Below, in pieces: positions 1 to 8,420 of a DNA stretch of 44,371 nt. The translations under genes were made by a program, and so were the position numbers. Origin of the DNA: Escherichia phage 6949. Below the pieces are notes generated by a model that was not told where the DNA came from, searched no databases, and was given only the letters and a program-made list of their open reading frames with translations. Positions within the stretch are counted from its first letter, which is position 1; each line of letters opens with the position of its first letter. Location of the stretch: sequence record OL362273.1, one strand, 5' to 3'.

Positions 1-195
1 ATGATTAACTCCGAACTGGTAGATAGTGGTGTGAAGCTTGCGCCACCTGCACTCGTATCAGGTGGGTACTTCCTCGGTATCAGTTGGGATAATTGGGTGT
101 TAATAGCAACATTCATTTATACCGTGTTGCAAATTGGGGACTGGTTTTATAATAAGTTCAAGATTTGGAGGGAGAAGCGTGAGCGTACACAATAA
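1..195 (+). CDS. Holin (T7 gp17.5-like, class II)
   Basis: The 64 aa translation resembles T7 gp17.5 as I recall it (ELV..APP..G..FLGIS.D.W..IA.FIYTVLQIG), with a hydrophobic core and a basic C-terminal tail. It lies just upstream of the terminase genes, and its RBS AAGGAGGT sits at 44361-44368, the last bases of the permuted window. Confidence 0.7.
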   Translation: MINSELVDSGVKLAPPALVSGGYFLGISWDNWVLIATFIYTVLQIGDWFYNKFKIWREKRERTQ

Positions 196-478
196 ACATG
201 CAGCTACAGAGGATGAGGTTGGCATTCTGCATGGTGCTATTACCAAAATCTTCAATAAGAAAGCACAGGCAATACTGGACACTATAGAAGAAGACCCTGA
301 TGCAGCATTACATTTAGTGTCTGGTAAGGATATTGGTGCGATGTGTAAGTGGGTTCTTGATAACGGCATTACCGCCACACCTGCTGCACAGCAGGAAGAG
401 TCCAAGTTATCTAAGCGCCTCAAGGCTATCCGAGAGGCATCCAGTGGTAAGATAATTCAATTCACTAAGGAGGATTGA
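179..478 (+). CDS. Terminase small subunit (T7 gp18-like)
   Basis: The ORF lies directly upstream of the large terminase and overlaps it by a TGATG junction. I prefer the GTG start at 179 because it follows RBS GGAGGG (167-172). The track start at ATG 134 overlaps the holin by 62 nt and lacks an RBS. The assignment is by position and size only. Confidence 0.55.
   Translation: MSVHNKHAATEDEVGILHGAITKIFNKKAQAILDTIEEDPDAALHLVSGKDIGAMCKWVLDNGITATPAAQQEESKLSKRLKAIREASSGKIIQFTKED
270..292 (+). promoter_or_regulatory. Candidate SP6-type promoter inside the small terminase gene
   Basis: CAATACTGGACACTATA followed by GAAGAA. The core from -13 to +6 is perfect, and there are three mismatches in the upstream AT-rich part. 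Confidence 0.45.
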
Positions 479-2376
479 TGGCTAAGGCAAGAGAATCACA
501 AGCGGAGGCTCTTGCCAGATGGGAGATGCTACAGGAGTTACAGCAGACCTTTCCTTACACAGCGGAAGGTTTGCTTCTCTTTGCAGATACAGTTATTCAT
601 AACTTAATTGCAGGCAACCCTCATCTGATTCGTATGCAGGCTGATATCTTGAAGTTCCTATTTTACGGACACAAGTACCGCCTCATCGAAGCGCCTCGTG
701 GTATCGCTAAGACAACACTATCAGCAATCTATACGGTATTCCGTATTATTCATGAACCGCATAAGCGTATCATGGTTGTGTCCCAAAACGCCAAGCGAGC
801 AGAGGAGATCGCAGGTTGGGTAGTTAAAATCTTCCGTGGCTTAGACTTTCTTGAGTTTATGCTGCCGGATATCTACGCTGGGGATCGTGCATCCGTTAAG
901 GCGTTTGAGATTCATTACACCCTACGTGGTAGTGATAAGTCTCCTTCTGTATCCTGTTACTCAATCGAAGCAGGTATGCAGGGTGCTCGTGCTGATATTA
1001 TTCTAGCGGATGACGTAGAGTCGATGCAGAACGCTCGTACGGCAGCGGGCCGTGCCTTGCTTGAGGAACTGACTAAGGAGTTTGAATCTATCAACCAGTT
1101 TGGGGATATAATTTACCTTGGTACACCTCAGAACGTAAACTCTATCTACAACAACCTACCTGCTCGTGGTTACTCTGTTCGTATCTGGACTGCGCGTTAC
1201 CCTTCAGTAGAGCAAGAGCAATGTTATGGCGACTTCCTTGCACCTATGATTGTTCAAGATATGAAGGACAACCCAGCACTTCGCTCAGGGTACGGGTTGG
1301 ATGGTAATAGTGGTGCACCTTGTGCCCCTGAAATGTATGATGATGAAGTCCTGATTGAGAAGGAAATCTCTCAGGGTGCTGCTAAGTTCCAGCTTCAGTT
1401 CATGCTTAACACTCGCATGATGGATGCTGACAGATACCCATTACGCCTGAACAATCTAATCTTCACCTCGTTTGGTACAGAGGAAGTCCCTGTGATGCCT
1501 ACGTGGAGTAATGATTCCATAAACATCATTGGTGATGCACCTAAGTATGGTAACAAGCCTACAGACTTCATGTACAGACCTGTAGCTCGCCCATACGAAT
1601 GGGGTGCTGTCTCCCGCAAGATTATGTATATTGACCCTGCGGGTGGCGGTAAGAACGGGGATGAGACGGGTGTAGCCATCGTATTCCTGCACGGCACATT
1701 CATTTATGTGTATCAGTGCTTTGGTGTACCTGGCGGATACCGAGAATCGTCCCTGAATCGCATTGTGCAGGCCGCAAAGCAGGCTGGTGTTAAAGAGGTA
1801 TTCATTGAGAAGAACTTTGGTCATGGCGCGTTTGAGGCGGTAATTAAGCCGTACTTTGAACGAGAGTGGCCTGTAACTCTGGAAGAGGATTACGCCACCG
1901 GACAGAAAGAGTTGCGTATCATTGAGACGCTGGAGCCGCTCATGGCAGCCCATAGGCTTATCTTCAATGCAGAGATGGTGAAGTCAGACTTTGAGTCGGT
2001 ACAGCACTATCCGCTTGAACTACGCATGTCCTACAGTCTTTTCAATCAAATGTCGAACATAACGATTGAGAAGAACAGCCTCCGGCACGATGACCGCCTA
2101 GACGCCCTGTATGGCGCTATACGGCAATTAACTTCTCAGATAGACTATGACGAGGTTACTCGAATTAATCGCCTCAGAGCGCAGGAGATGCGTGATTACA
2201 TCCATGCTATGAACACACCTCATCTGCGCAGGGCAATGCTATATGGAGATTACGGTACGGAGCGAAGAGTGACCAACACTTCCGTAGCGATGCAGCAGCG
2301 AGTTTACGGGCAGAACTACCGAAATAAATCGGCAAGCAGAAATGCACTTTCTGCAAGGATTTCAAGGACTTATTAA
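478..2376 (+). CDS. Terminase large subunit (T7 gp19-like)
   Basis: A roughly 632 aa ORF with the size and position of the T7-group large terminase. ATG 478 follows RBS AAGGAGG (467-473); the track start at 475 is a TTG. Confidence 0.88.
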   Translation: MAKARESQAEALARWEMLQELQQTFPYTAEGLLLFADTVIHNLIAGNPHLIRMQADILKFLFYGHKYRLIEAPRGIAKTTLSAIYTVFRIIHEPHKRIMVVSQNAKRAEEIAGWVVKIFRGLDFLEFMLPDIYAGDRASVKAFEIHYTLRGSDKSPSVSCYSIEAGMQGARADIILADDVESMQNARTAAGRALLEELTKEFESINQFGDIIYLGTPQNVNSIYNNLPARGYSVRIWTARYPSVEQEQCYGDFLAPMIVQDMKDNPALRSGYGLDGNSGAPCAPEMYDDEVLIEKEISQGAAKFQLQFMLNTRMMDADRYPLRLNNLIFTSFGTEEVPVMPTWSNDSINIIGDAPKYGNKPTDFMYRPVARPYEWGAVSRKIMYIDPAGGGKNGDETGVAIVFLHGTFIYVYQCFGVPGGYRESSLNRIVQAAKQAGVKEVFIEKNFGHGAFEAVIKPYFEREWPVTLEEDYATGQKELRIIETLEPLMAAHRLIFNAEMVKSDFESVQHYPLELRMSYSLFNQMSNITIEKNSLRHDDRLDALYGAIRQLTSQIDYDEVTRINRLRAQEMRDYIHAMNTPHLRRAMLYGDYGTERRVTNTSVAMQQRVYGQNYRNKSASRNALSARISRTY

Positions 2377-2397
2377 TTACTGGACACTATAGAAGGA
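2375..2397 (+). promoter_or_regulatory. SP6-type phage promoter downstream of the terminase genes
   Basis: AATTACTGGACACTATA followed by GAAGGA; the predicted +1 G is at 2392. Confidence 0.8.
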
Positions 2398-2530
2398 AGA
2401 CCCAGATAATAAGAGAAATAATAGGTAATATAGGTTAACCTAGGTTATATAGGTATGCCTTAGTATGGGTGTACTCCTGTACACCCTATTCCTTACTTCC
2501 TTACTATATTTACATAATAGGAGAGAGACA

Positions 2531-2809
2531 ATGGCTAATGATTATAGTAGTCAACCATTAACAGGTAAGTCTAAGCGAAAGCAGGTACAACCTGTAAGTG
2601 AAGCACTAATGCTTCCGGTAATCTCAAAAGAGGAAGCTAGTAAGAAAATCAATGTTATTAATGATGCCACCAAATCAGGTAAACAGAAAGGGGCCATGGT
2701 GTGCCTTGAAGTGGAAGGTGGTGTATTGAAGATTGCTATCGCGGTTGATGGCAAAGAAGATTCAGAGTGGAAGTTAGTAACAGTGGAACCAACTGTTAAC
2801 CCAGTTTAA
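2531..2809 (+). CDS. Hypothetical protein, tandem paralog A (SGKQKGAMV motif)
   Basis: ATG 2531 follows RBS AGGAGAG. The protein shares the block SGKQKGAMVCLEVEGG..KIAIAV with the next gene. Confidence 0.55.
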   Translation: MANDYSSQPLTGKSKRKQVQPVSEALMLPVISKEEASKKINVINDATKSGKQKGAMVCLEVEGGVLKIAIAVDGKEDSEWKLVTVEPTVNPV

Positions 2810-2827
2810 GATAAGGAGGAAGATTAC

Positions 2828-3127
2828 ATGGCTAAATATGGTACTACAGGTTCTGTTACTGGTCAGGCTTTTCGAGTAAAAGCAGTACAAACTATTGCAA
2901 CGGCAATCCCGATGCCTGTTGTTAAAGAAGCAGACCTTAAGAGTAAAGATCACCCTATCAACATCAAACATTTATCAGGTAAACAGAAAGGTGCAATGGT
3001 TGCTCTTGAGAAAGGTGACATAACCTTACATATTGCTGTTGCACGTGGTAGTGAACCCACAGACCCTTGGGATGTAACTGGTATGGAAGAGGAAGCTGTT
3101 ACTCCAGCAGGGAATAATAATGCTTAA
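2828..3127 (+). CDS. Hypothetical protein, tandem paralog B (SGKQKGAMV motif)
   Basis: RBS AAGGAGGAAG precedes the ATG. It is a paralog of the preceding ORF (SGKQKGAMVALEKGDITLHIAVA). Confidence 0.6.
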   Translation: MAKYGTTGSVTGQAFRVKAVQTIATAIPMPVVKEADLKSKDHPINIKHLSGKQKGAMVALEKGDITLHIAVARGSEPTDPWDVTGMEEEAVTPAGNNNA

Positions 3128-3464
3128 TAAATACTTCAAGCGTAAAGAGTTTGCTTGCCGTTGTGGCTGCGGTACATCCACTGTTGATGCTGAATTACTA
3201 CAGGTAGTCACAGATGTGCGTGAGCACTTTGGTTCTCCTGTAGTTATCACTTCTGGGCACCGCTGTGCTAAGCACAATGCTAATGTAGGAGGAGCTAAGA
3301 ACTCCATGCATCTTACTGGTAAGGCTGCTGACATTAAGGTGTCTGGTGTTGGCCCAATGGAGGTGCGTGCATACCTCTGCAATAAATACCATGATAAGTA
3401 TGGTATTGGTGCTTATCCTACTTTTACCCATATCGACGTTAGAGATAACAAAGCAAGATGGTAA
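3120..3464 (+). CDS. Endolysin, peptidase M15-like zinc peptidoglycan peptidase
   Basis: The 114 aa translation carries SGHRC.KHN..VGG...S.H..G.A.D and FTHIDVRD motifs, which fit the H/D/H zinc-binding pattern of M15 family peptidases. It sits in the lysis region. Confidence 0.7.
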   Translation: MLNKYFKRKEFACRCGCGTSTVDAELLQVVTDVREHFGSPVVITSGHRCAKHNANVGGAKNSMHLTGKAADIKVSGVGPMEVRAYLCNKYHDKYGIGAYPTFTHIDVRDNKARW

Positions 3465-3572
3465 GATGCATTGAATGGTGTGAACGCATGGTTGCTAAGG
3501 CTTCAGAGGAAGGTAATTATGAAGATTGGCAGAACTACTCAACTTTATTAGCACAATGGAAAGGGAGGTGCA

Positions 3573-3722
3573 ATGAAAAAGCTGTTCAAATCTAAGAAGG
3601 TTGTAGGTGCACTAGTTGCATTGGCAATTGCTCTTGTTTCTGTAGGTCTTGGTGTAGACCTTGGCTCTGGCACGGAATCCTCTGTGACAGATGTGGTCTG
3701 CCAAGTGATCACCTGTGAATAA
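3573..3722 (+). CDS. Small membrane protein (49 aa), possible lysis accessory protein
   Basis: This ORF is below the track size cutoff. RBS GGGAGGTG precedes ATG 3573. The protein has a basic N-terminus (MKKLFKSKK), one hydrophobic helix, and a short C-terminal tail with two Cys. Confidence 0.4.
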   Translation: MKKLFKSKKVVGALVALAIALVSVGLGVDLGSGTESSVTDVVCQVITCE

Positions 3723-3936
3723 GTTTCTAGAAGTTCTGGCAGGTCTTATTGGCCTGCTTATTTCTGCTAAGAAGAAACAAGAAGAGAAGGAGGCACAAAG
3801 TGAAGCGAATCATGTTAGTGACAACCCTGCTGATTGGTTCGCTGACCACTTCCGGGTGTCAGCAGGCGTTACCAGAGAAAGCAATGGTGAAACCTCTGAG
3901 GCCGACGCTGACGGAAGTTTACGAGGTAGACGATAA
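3715..3936 (+). CDS. Putative i-spanin-like ORF (weak)
   Basis: A GTG-start ORF with an N-terminal hydrophobic segment (FLEVLAGLIGLLISA) followed by a charged region. It overlaps the o-spanin candidate in another frame. Both the start codon and the membrane topology are uncertain. Confidence 0.25.
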   Translation: MNKFLEVLAGLIGLLISAKKKQEEKEAQSEANHVSDNPADWFADHFRVSAGVTRESNGETSEADADGSLRGRR

Positions 3937-4009
3937 GGTCTGCTTTAGTAAGCCTGACGCTACAAAATTAGGTTTGTATATTCTTTCGCTAGAACGAGGG
4001 TATAATTAA
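3812..4009 (+). CDS. Putative o-spanin (Rz1-like outer-membrane lipoprotein)
   Basis: ATG 3812 opens MLVTTLLIGSLTTSGC, a signal peptide with a lipobox-like TSGC, followed by a Pro-rich mature region. It overlaps the preceding ORF in another frame, as Rz/Rz1 pairs do. Confidence 0.5.
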   Translation: MLVTTLLIGSLTTSGCQQALPEKAMVKPLRPTLTEVYEVDDKVCFSKPDATKLGLYILSLERGYN

Positions 4010-4038
4010 TACATAGCTTTATGTATCAGTGTCTTACG

Positions 4039-4061
4039 ATTTACTGGACACTATAGAAGAG
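4039..4061 (+). promoter_or_regulatory. SP6-type phage promoter upstream of tailspike 1
   Basis: ATTTACTGGACACTATA followed by GAAGAG, with the predicted +1 G at 4056. A leader hairpin lies at 4072-4089. Confidence 0.8.
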
Positions 4062-4140
4062 GTAAGATAGCGCCGTTCTTTTGAGCGGCCTATTACTAGC
4101 CAATCTTCATAGGGAGGGTTGGAAAGTAATAGGAGATAGC

Positions 4141-6039
4141 ATGGCTAAATTAACCAAACCTAATACTGAAGGAATCTTGCATAAAGGACAATCTTTGTAT
4201 GAGTACCTTGATGCGAGAGTTTTAACATCAAAGCCGTTTGGTGCTGCAGGTGACGCCACTACTGATGATACGGAGGTTATAGCTGCTTCATTAAACTCTC
4301 AGAAAGCTGTCACAGTCTCAGATGGTGTATTCTCTAGCTCTGGTATTAATAGTAATTACTGTAATTTAGACGGTAGGGGCAGTGGCGTGCTAAGTCACCG
4401 TTCCAGTACAGGTAACTACTTAGTATTTAACAATCTACGTGCAGGTCGCTTAAGTAATATTACGGTAGAAAGTAATAAGGAGACTGATACAACTCAGGGA
4501 CAGCAGGTATCTCTTGCTGGTGGAAGTGATGTTACTGTAAGTGACGTTAACTTCTCAAACGTTAAAGGTACTGGTTTCAGTTTAATCGCATACCCTAATG
4601 ATGCGCCACCTGATGGACTTATGATTAAAGGCATTCGAGGTAGCTATTCAGGCTATGCTACTAATAAGGCAGCCGGATGCGTACTTGCTGACTCCTCAGT
4701 TAACTCCCTCATAGATAACGTCATTGCTAAGAACTACCCTCAGTTCGGAGCAGTAGAGTTGAAAAGTACAGCCAGTTACAACATAGTCAGTAATGTTATA
4801 GGGGCAGATTGCCAGCATGTAACTTACAACGGCACTGAAGGGCCAATAGCCCCTTCTAATAACCTTATCAAGGGGGTGATGGCTAATAACCCTAAGTATG
4901 CAGCGGTTGTTGCAGGCAAAGGAAGTACGAACTTAATCTCAGACGTGCTCGTAGATTACTCAACTTCTGATGCTAGGCAGGCTCATGGTGTTACCGTAGA
5001 AGGGTCTGATAACGTCATAAATAATGTGCTTATGTCAGGATGTGATGGTACTAACTCTTTAGGACAAGGGCAGACTTCTACAATTGCACGCTTTATAGGT
5101 ACAGCTAATAACAACTATGCGTCTGTATTTCCTAGCTACAGTGCTACAGGTGTTATTACTTTCGAATCCGGCTCTACCCGTAACTTCGTAGAGGTAAAGC
5201 ACCCTGGCAGGAGAAACGACCTTCTCAGTTCTGCTAGTACTATTGACGGTGCAGCTACTATTGACGGCACTAATAATAGTAACGTAGTGCACGCACCTGC
5301 CTTAGGGCAGTACATAGGTAGTATGTCAGGTAGGTTCGAATGGCGGATTAAGTCCATGTCACTCCCTTCAGGAGTTCTTACTTCTGCTGATAAGTACAGA
5401 ATGCTTGGGGATGGTGCTGTATCATTAGCTTTAGGTGGGGGTACTTCTTCTCAAGTTCGCCTATTTACTTCTGATGGTGCTTCTCGGACAGTGTCCCTCA
5501 CCAACGGTAACGTGCGTCTTTCTACCAGTAGCACAGGCTATTTGCAGTTAGGTGCTGATGCAATGACCCCAGATAGTACTGGTACATACGCATTAGGTTC
5601 CGCCAGTCGAGCATGGTCTGGCGGTTTTACTCAAGCAGCATTCACTGTTACCTCAGATGCTCGGTGTAAAACAGAACCTCTTACTATCTCAGATGCCTTA
5701 CTGGATGCTTGGTCTGAAGTTGACTTTGTGCAGTTTCAGTATTTGGATCGTGTTGAGGAGAAGGGTGCAGACTCAGCTAGATGGCACTTCGGTATCATCG
5801 CTCAGCGAGCTAAGGAGGCTTTCGAACGTCACGGTATAGATGCACATCGCTATGGCTTCTTGTGCTTCGACAGTTGGGATGATGTATACGAGGAAGATGC
5901 CAATGGCTCTCGTAAACTGATTACACCAGCAGGTTCCCGCTACGGTATTCGTTACGAGGAAGTACTGATATTAGAGGCTGCGTTGATGCGGAGGACTATC
6001 AAGCGTATGCAGGAAGCACTAGCTTCCCTGCCTAAGTGA
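4141..6039 (+). CDS. Tailspike 1: beta-helix depolymerase with C-terminal intramolecular chaperone (peptidase S74-like) domain
   Basis: ATG 4141 follows RBS AGGAGA; the track start at 4081 is a TTG. The C-terminus carries SDARCK and HFGIIAQRAKEAF motifs, which are typical of auto-cleaving chaperone domains of endosialidase and K5-lyase type tailspikes. A phage promoter lies upstream and a terminator downstream. Confidence 0.8.
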   Translation: MAKLTKPNTEGILHKGQSLYEYLDARVLTSKPFGAAGDATTDDTEVIAASLNSQKAVTVSDGVFSSSGINSNYCNLDGRGSGVLSHRSSTGNYLVFNNLRAGRLSNITVESNKETDTTQGQQVSLAGGSDVTVSDVNFSNVKGTGFSLIAYPNDAPPDGLMIKGIRGSYSGYATNKAAGCVLADSSVNSLIDNVIAKNYPQFGAVELKSTASYNIVSNVIGADCQHVTYNGTEGPIAPSNNLIKGVMANNPKYAAVVAGKGSTNLISDVLVDYSTSDARQAHGVTVEGSDNVINNVLMSGCDGTNSLGQGQTSTIARFIGTANNNYASVFPSYSATGVITFESGSTRNFVEVKHPGRRNDLLSSASTIDGAATIDGTNNSNVVHAPALGQYIGSMSGRFEWRIKSMSLPSGVLTSADKYRMLGDGAVSLALGGGTSSQVRLFTSDGASRTVSLTNGNVRLSTSSTGYLQLGADAMTPDSTGTYALGSASRAWSGGFTQAAFTVTSDARCKTEPLTISDALLDAWSEVDFVQFQYLDRVEEKGADSARWHFGIIAQRAKEAFERHGIDAHRYGFLCFDSWDDVYEEDANGSRKLITPAGSRYGIRYEEVLILEAALMRRTIKRMQEALASLPK

Positions 6040-6046
6040 GAGACAG

Positions 6047-6069
6047 GCAGTGCGTAAGCACTGCTTTTC
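6047..6069 (+). terminator. Intrinsic terminator between the two tailspike genes
   Basis: A 7 bp stem GCAGTGC / GCACTGC with a GTAA loop, followed by TTTTC. Confidence 0.55.
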
Positions 6070-6124
6070 ACGCAACTTTTCTTAAAGGTTATCATGGTGG
6101 TAGCCTTTCAGAAGAGGAGGTTAC

Positions 6125-7837
6125 ATGCTTCAAAGATTAAGTGCTTACTTGGTGAAGTACAAGAGTAAACTAACAGGTACTATTGAGCGCCTGCTATCTG
6201 ATAAACTATCGGATACAATAGATGTTGCGGATTTTGGAGTTACTCCATCTTCCAATGACAACAGGCAAGCACTTCAAGCTGCGTTCAATGCAGTCAGAGT
6301 GTTAGGTGGTGGCACTGTATTAGTCACTAAAGCTGGAAAATACAAACTCAGTGGTACTGTTGAGATATTTGCTAATACACACTTCAAGGTTGCTAAAGGT
6401 GTAACATTTGTACGTGACTACGAAACAGGAGATACGCTATTCAGATTATCACAAGGGCAAGCTAGTAATGTAACAGTCAGTGGAGGTATCTATGAAGGCA
6501 ATGGTCACACTAAGGGAGATACACCTTTTGTAGTATTTGCATCTACTAGTAATAATGATTTGAAGTTTGAAGGCATAACAGTTAACAATGTAGTGGACTA
6601 CCACGCCATAGATTTAGCAGATTGGAACAACGTAGTTATTCGTGATTGTAAATTCCTAGGTTTTAAGAATACAGGCAGTCGTAACTTCTCAGAGGCTATA
6701 CAGTTAGACCCAGGTCTTATTACAGTTGGTCACTATGTGCAGTCAAGTGGTATGCTGGTGGAGAATTGCTATGCTGGTCCAAACATAGAATCAGGGTTTG
6801 GAGGTTATGGTGCACTAATTGGAAATCACGCCTCAGCTTACGGTGTACAGGACAACAATATCCGTATCTTGAATTGCACTACAGATGGTGCTCTCTTTGC
6901 AGGTGTACGTGTATTTAACTGGAAAAACTGGACAGTGCGTGGTTGCACATTTAGGAACTCTAATGCAAGAGGTGTCCATGTTACACCTGTCTCATCTCAG
7001 ACTAAACCGCAGGGTACTCGACAAGGTAATATTGTAGATTGCACTTTTGATGGCGTAAGGACACCAGTGCTAATTGCTGCACCATCTTGGCCTTTTACCG
7101 ATATTAGTGACATTTGGCATGACCATATTGAAATTTCTAATAATACTATGATCCTCACAGAGGATGTATCCTATGGTGTAGATGCAAGGTGGTGTAAGAA
7201 TTTAATTGTAAAAGGTAATACAGGCTCTGGTGGCTTAGGGTTAATAGGTTTACGCTTTGGGACAAAATACCACATCGAAGGTAATACTTGGGAAAACGGA
7301 AGAGGTAGTGGGATTTGGTTAGGTGAGTCTGATGCTACTACATTCATTGGTACTGGTTTATCAGGAGAAGGTATACTTAGTCGTAATATCTTCTCTAAAT
7401 TAGGGCAATATGGTATTCATGTAAACTGCAAGGCTAGCGGTCTAGTGATTAAAGCCAATAATATGAAGGAAGTATCTACAGATGAAGCAGGTAGGCACTT
7501 CATTAGTATAAACACAGGGGCTAACAACATCCTAGTAGAAGGTAATATTGGAGTAGACGGAGAAAGCCCTAACAAGCCAAGCCTTGGTATTCGTGTTACT
7601 TCTTCTTGTTCCAATATTAAACTCATTGGCAATGATTGCTATGGCACACAGGCGCCTCAGAATAACCAAGGAGTTGGTTCTAGTACGGTGATTGTTTATG
7701 GACTAAATGGCAACCCTACAACTTTAGGCGTAGGTGCACCTGTAGGCTCTTTAGCAACTGATATCAATGGTTCTGGTGGTAGTACATTGTACGTTAAAGA
7801 ATCTGGTACATCTGCTCAAGGTTGGGTTGCAAAGTAG
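6125..7837 (+). CDS. Tailspike 2: pectate-lyase-like right-handed beta-helix depolymerase
   Basis: RBS GAGGAGG precedes ATG 6125. The 570 aa protein has repetitive beta-helix coils (NNVVIRDCKF, IRILNCTTDG, WTVRGCTF, NIVDCTFDG, IKLIGNDCYG) and no C-terminal chaperone domain. Confidence 0.75.
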   Translation: MLQRLSAYLVKYKSKLTGTIERLLSDKLSDTIDVADFGVTPSSNDNRQALQAAFNAVRVLGGGTVLVTKAGKYKLSGTVEIFANTHFKVAKGVTFVRDYETGDTLFRLSQGQASNVTVSGGIYEGNGHTKGDTPFVVFASTSNNDLKFEGITVNNVVDYHAIDLADWNNVVIRDCKFLGFKNTGSRNFSEAIQLDPGLITVGHYVQSSGMLVENCYAGPNIESGFGGYGALIGNHASAYGVQDNNIRILNCTTDGALFAGVRVFNWKNWTVRGCTFRNSNARGVHVTPVSSQTKPQGTRQGNIVDCTFDGVRTPVLIAAPSWPFTDISDIWHDHIEISNNTMILTEDVSYGVDARWCKNLIVKGNTGSGGLGLIGLRFGTKYHIEGNTWENGRGSGIWLGESDATTFIGTGLSGEGILSRNIFSKLGQYGIHVNCKASGLVIKANNMKEVSTDEAGRHFISINTGANNILVEGNIGVDGESPNKPSLGIRVTSSCSNIKLIGNDCYGTQAPQNNQGVGSSTVIVYGLNGNPTTLGVGAPVGSLATDINGSGGSTLYVKESGTSAQGWVAK

Positions 7838-7848
7838 TAGGAAGCTGA

Positions 7849-7998
7849 ATGCCATTAATCAAATCAGTTAAGCAAAGTGCTGTACGCCAGAACACAGAAG
7901 GGCTTATTCAATCAGGACGTGACCCTAAGCAAGCCTATGCCATTGCCAAGGATGTACAACGTCGTGTTATGAAGAAACCTTCTGCATCTTCTGCGTAG
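7849..7998 (+). CDS. Small basic hypothetical protein (49 aa)
   Basis: This ORF is below the track cutoff. RBS AGGAAG precedes ATG 7849. The translation is MPLIKSVKQSAVRQNTEGLIQSGRDPKQAYAIAKDVQRRVMKKPSASSA. Confidence 0.3.
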   Translation: MPLIKSVKQSAVRQNTEGLIQSGRDPKQAYAIAKDVQRRVMKKPSASSA

Positions 7999-8067
7999 CA
8001 GGTTAATATCTTAGTATAAACAAGGGCAGACTTAGGTTTGTCCTTAGTGTATTCCAAAGGAGGTAAC

Positions 8068-8196
8068 ATGCTGAAAGATGGTTGGGTTTCATATGACCCT
8101 ACAGACCCTAAGAATTGGCTACAGGTTATCGCTATAGCTTGTGCAGGTAGCCTATTGGCTGCCCTGATGTATTCATTATGGATGTACACAAAGTAA
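8068..8196 (+). CDS. Small membrane protein (42 aa)
   Basis: RBS AAGGAGGT lies 3 nt upstream of ATG 8068. The protein has one hydrophobic helix (LQVIAIACAGSLLAALMYSLWMY). It is the last ORF before the presumed genome end. Confidence 0.4.
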   Translation: MLKDGWVSYDPTDPKNWLQVIAIACAGSLLAALMYSLWMYTK

Positions 8197-8231
8197 CCAA
8201 AGTCAAAATTTTGATGTAGGCGTGTGTCAGC

Positions 8232-8420
8232 TCTCTCGCCCTCGCCCTCGCCGGGTTGTCCCCATAGGGTGGCCTGAGGGAATCCGTCTTCGACGGGCAT
8301 GGCTGATGTACTCCTTGGATAGTACAAGGGAGGCGGAGGGAACGCCTAGGGAGGCCTAGGAATGGCTTAGTGGTGGACAAGGTGATTACCTTAGTGAAGC
8401 CTCTTAGTGCATTCCTGAGG
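8232..8420. repeat. Probable genome terminus and terminal-repeat region (one collapsed copy)
   Basis: TCTCTCGCCCTCGCCCTCGCCGGGTTGTCCCCATAGGG at 8232 parallels the T7 left end as I recall it (TCTCACAGTG...CCCCCATAGGGGG). The region is non-coding and the first early genes lie downstream. The exact boundaries cannot be set from one collapsed copy. Confidence 0.4.

Noticed and set aside
134-478. Longer small-terminase start at ATG 134
   Set aside because: It would overlap the holin gene by 62 nt and has no Shine-Dalgarno sequence. The GTG at 179 is preceded by GGAGGG, so I annotated the shorter form, but the longer form is not excluded.
1395-1953. Minus-strand ORFs inside the large terminase gene (102 and 165 aa)
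   Set aside because: They are antisense to a well-supported gene and have no translation signals.
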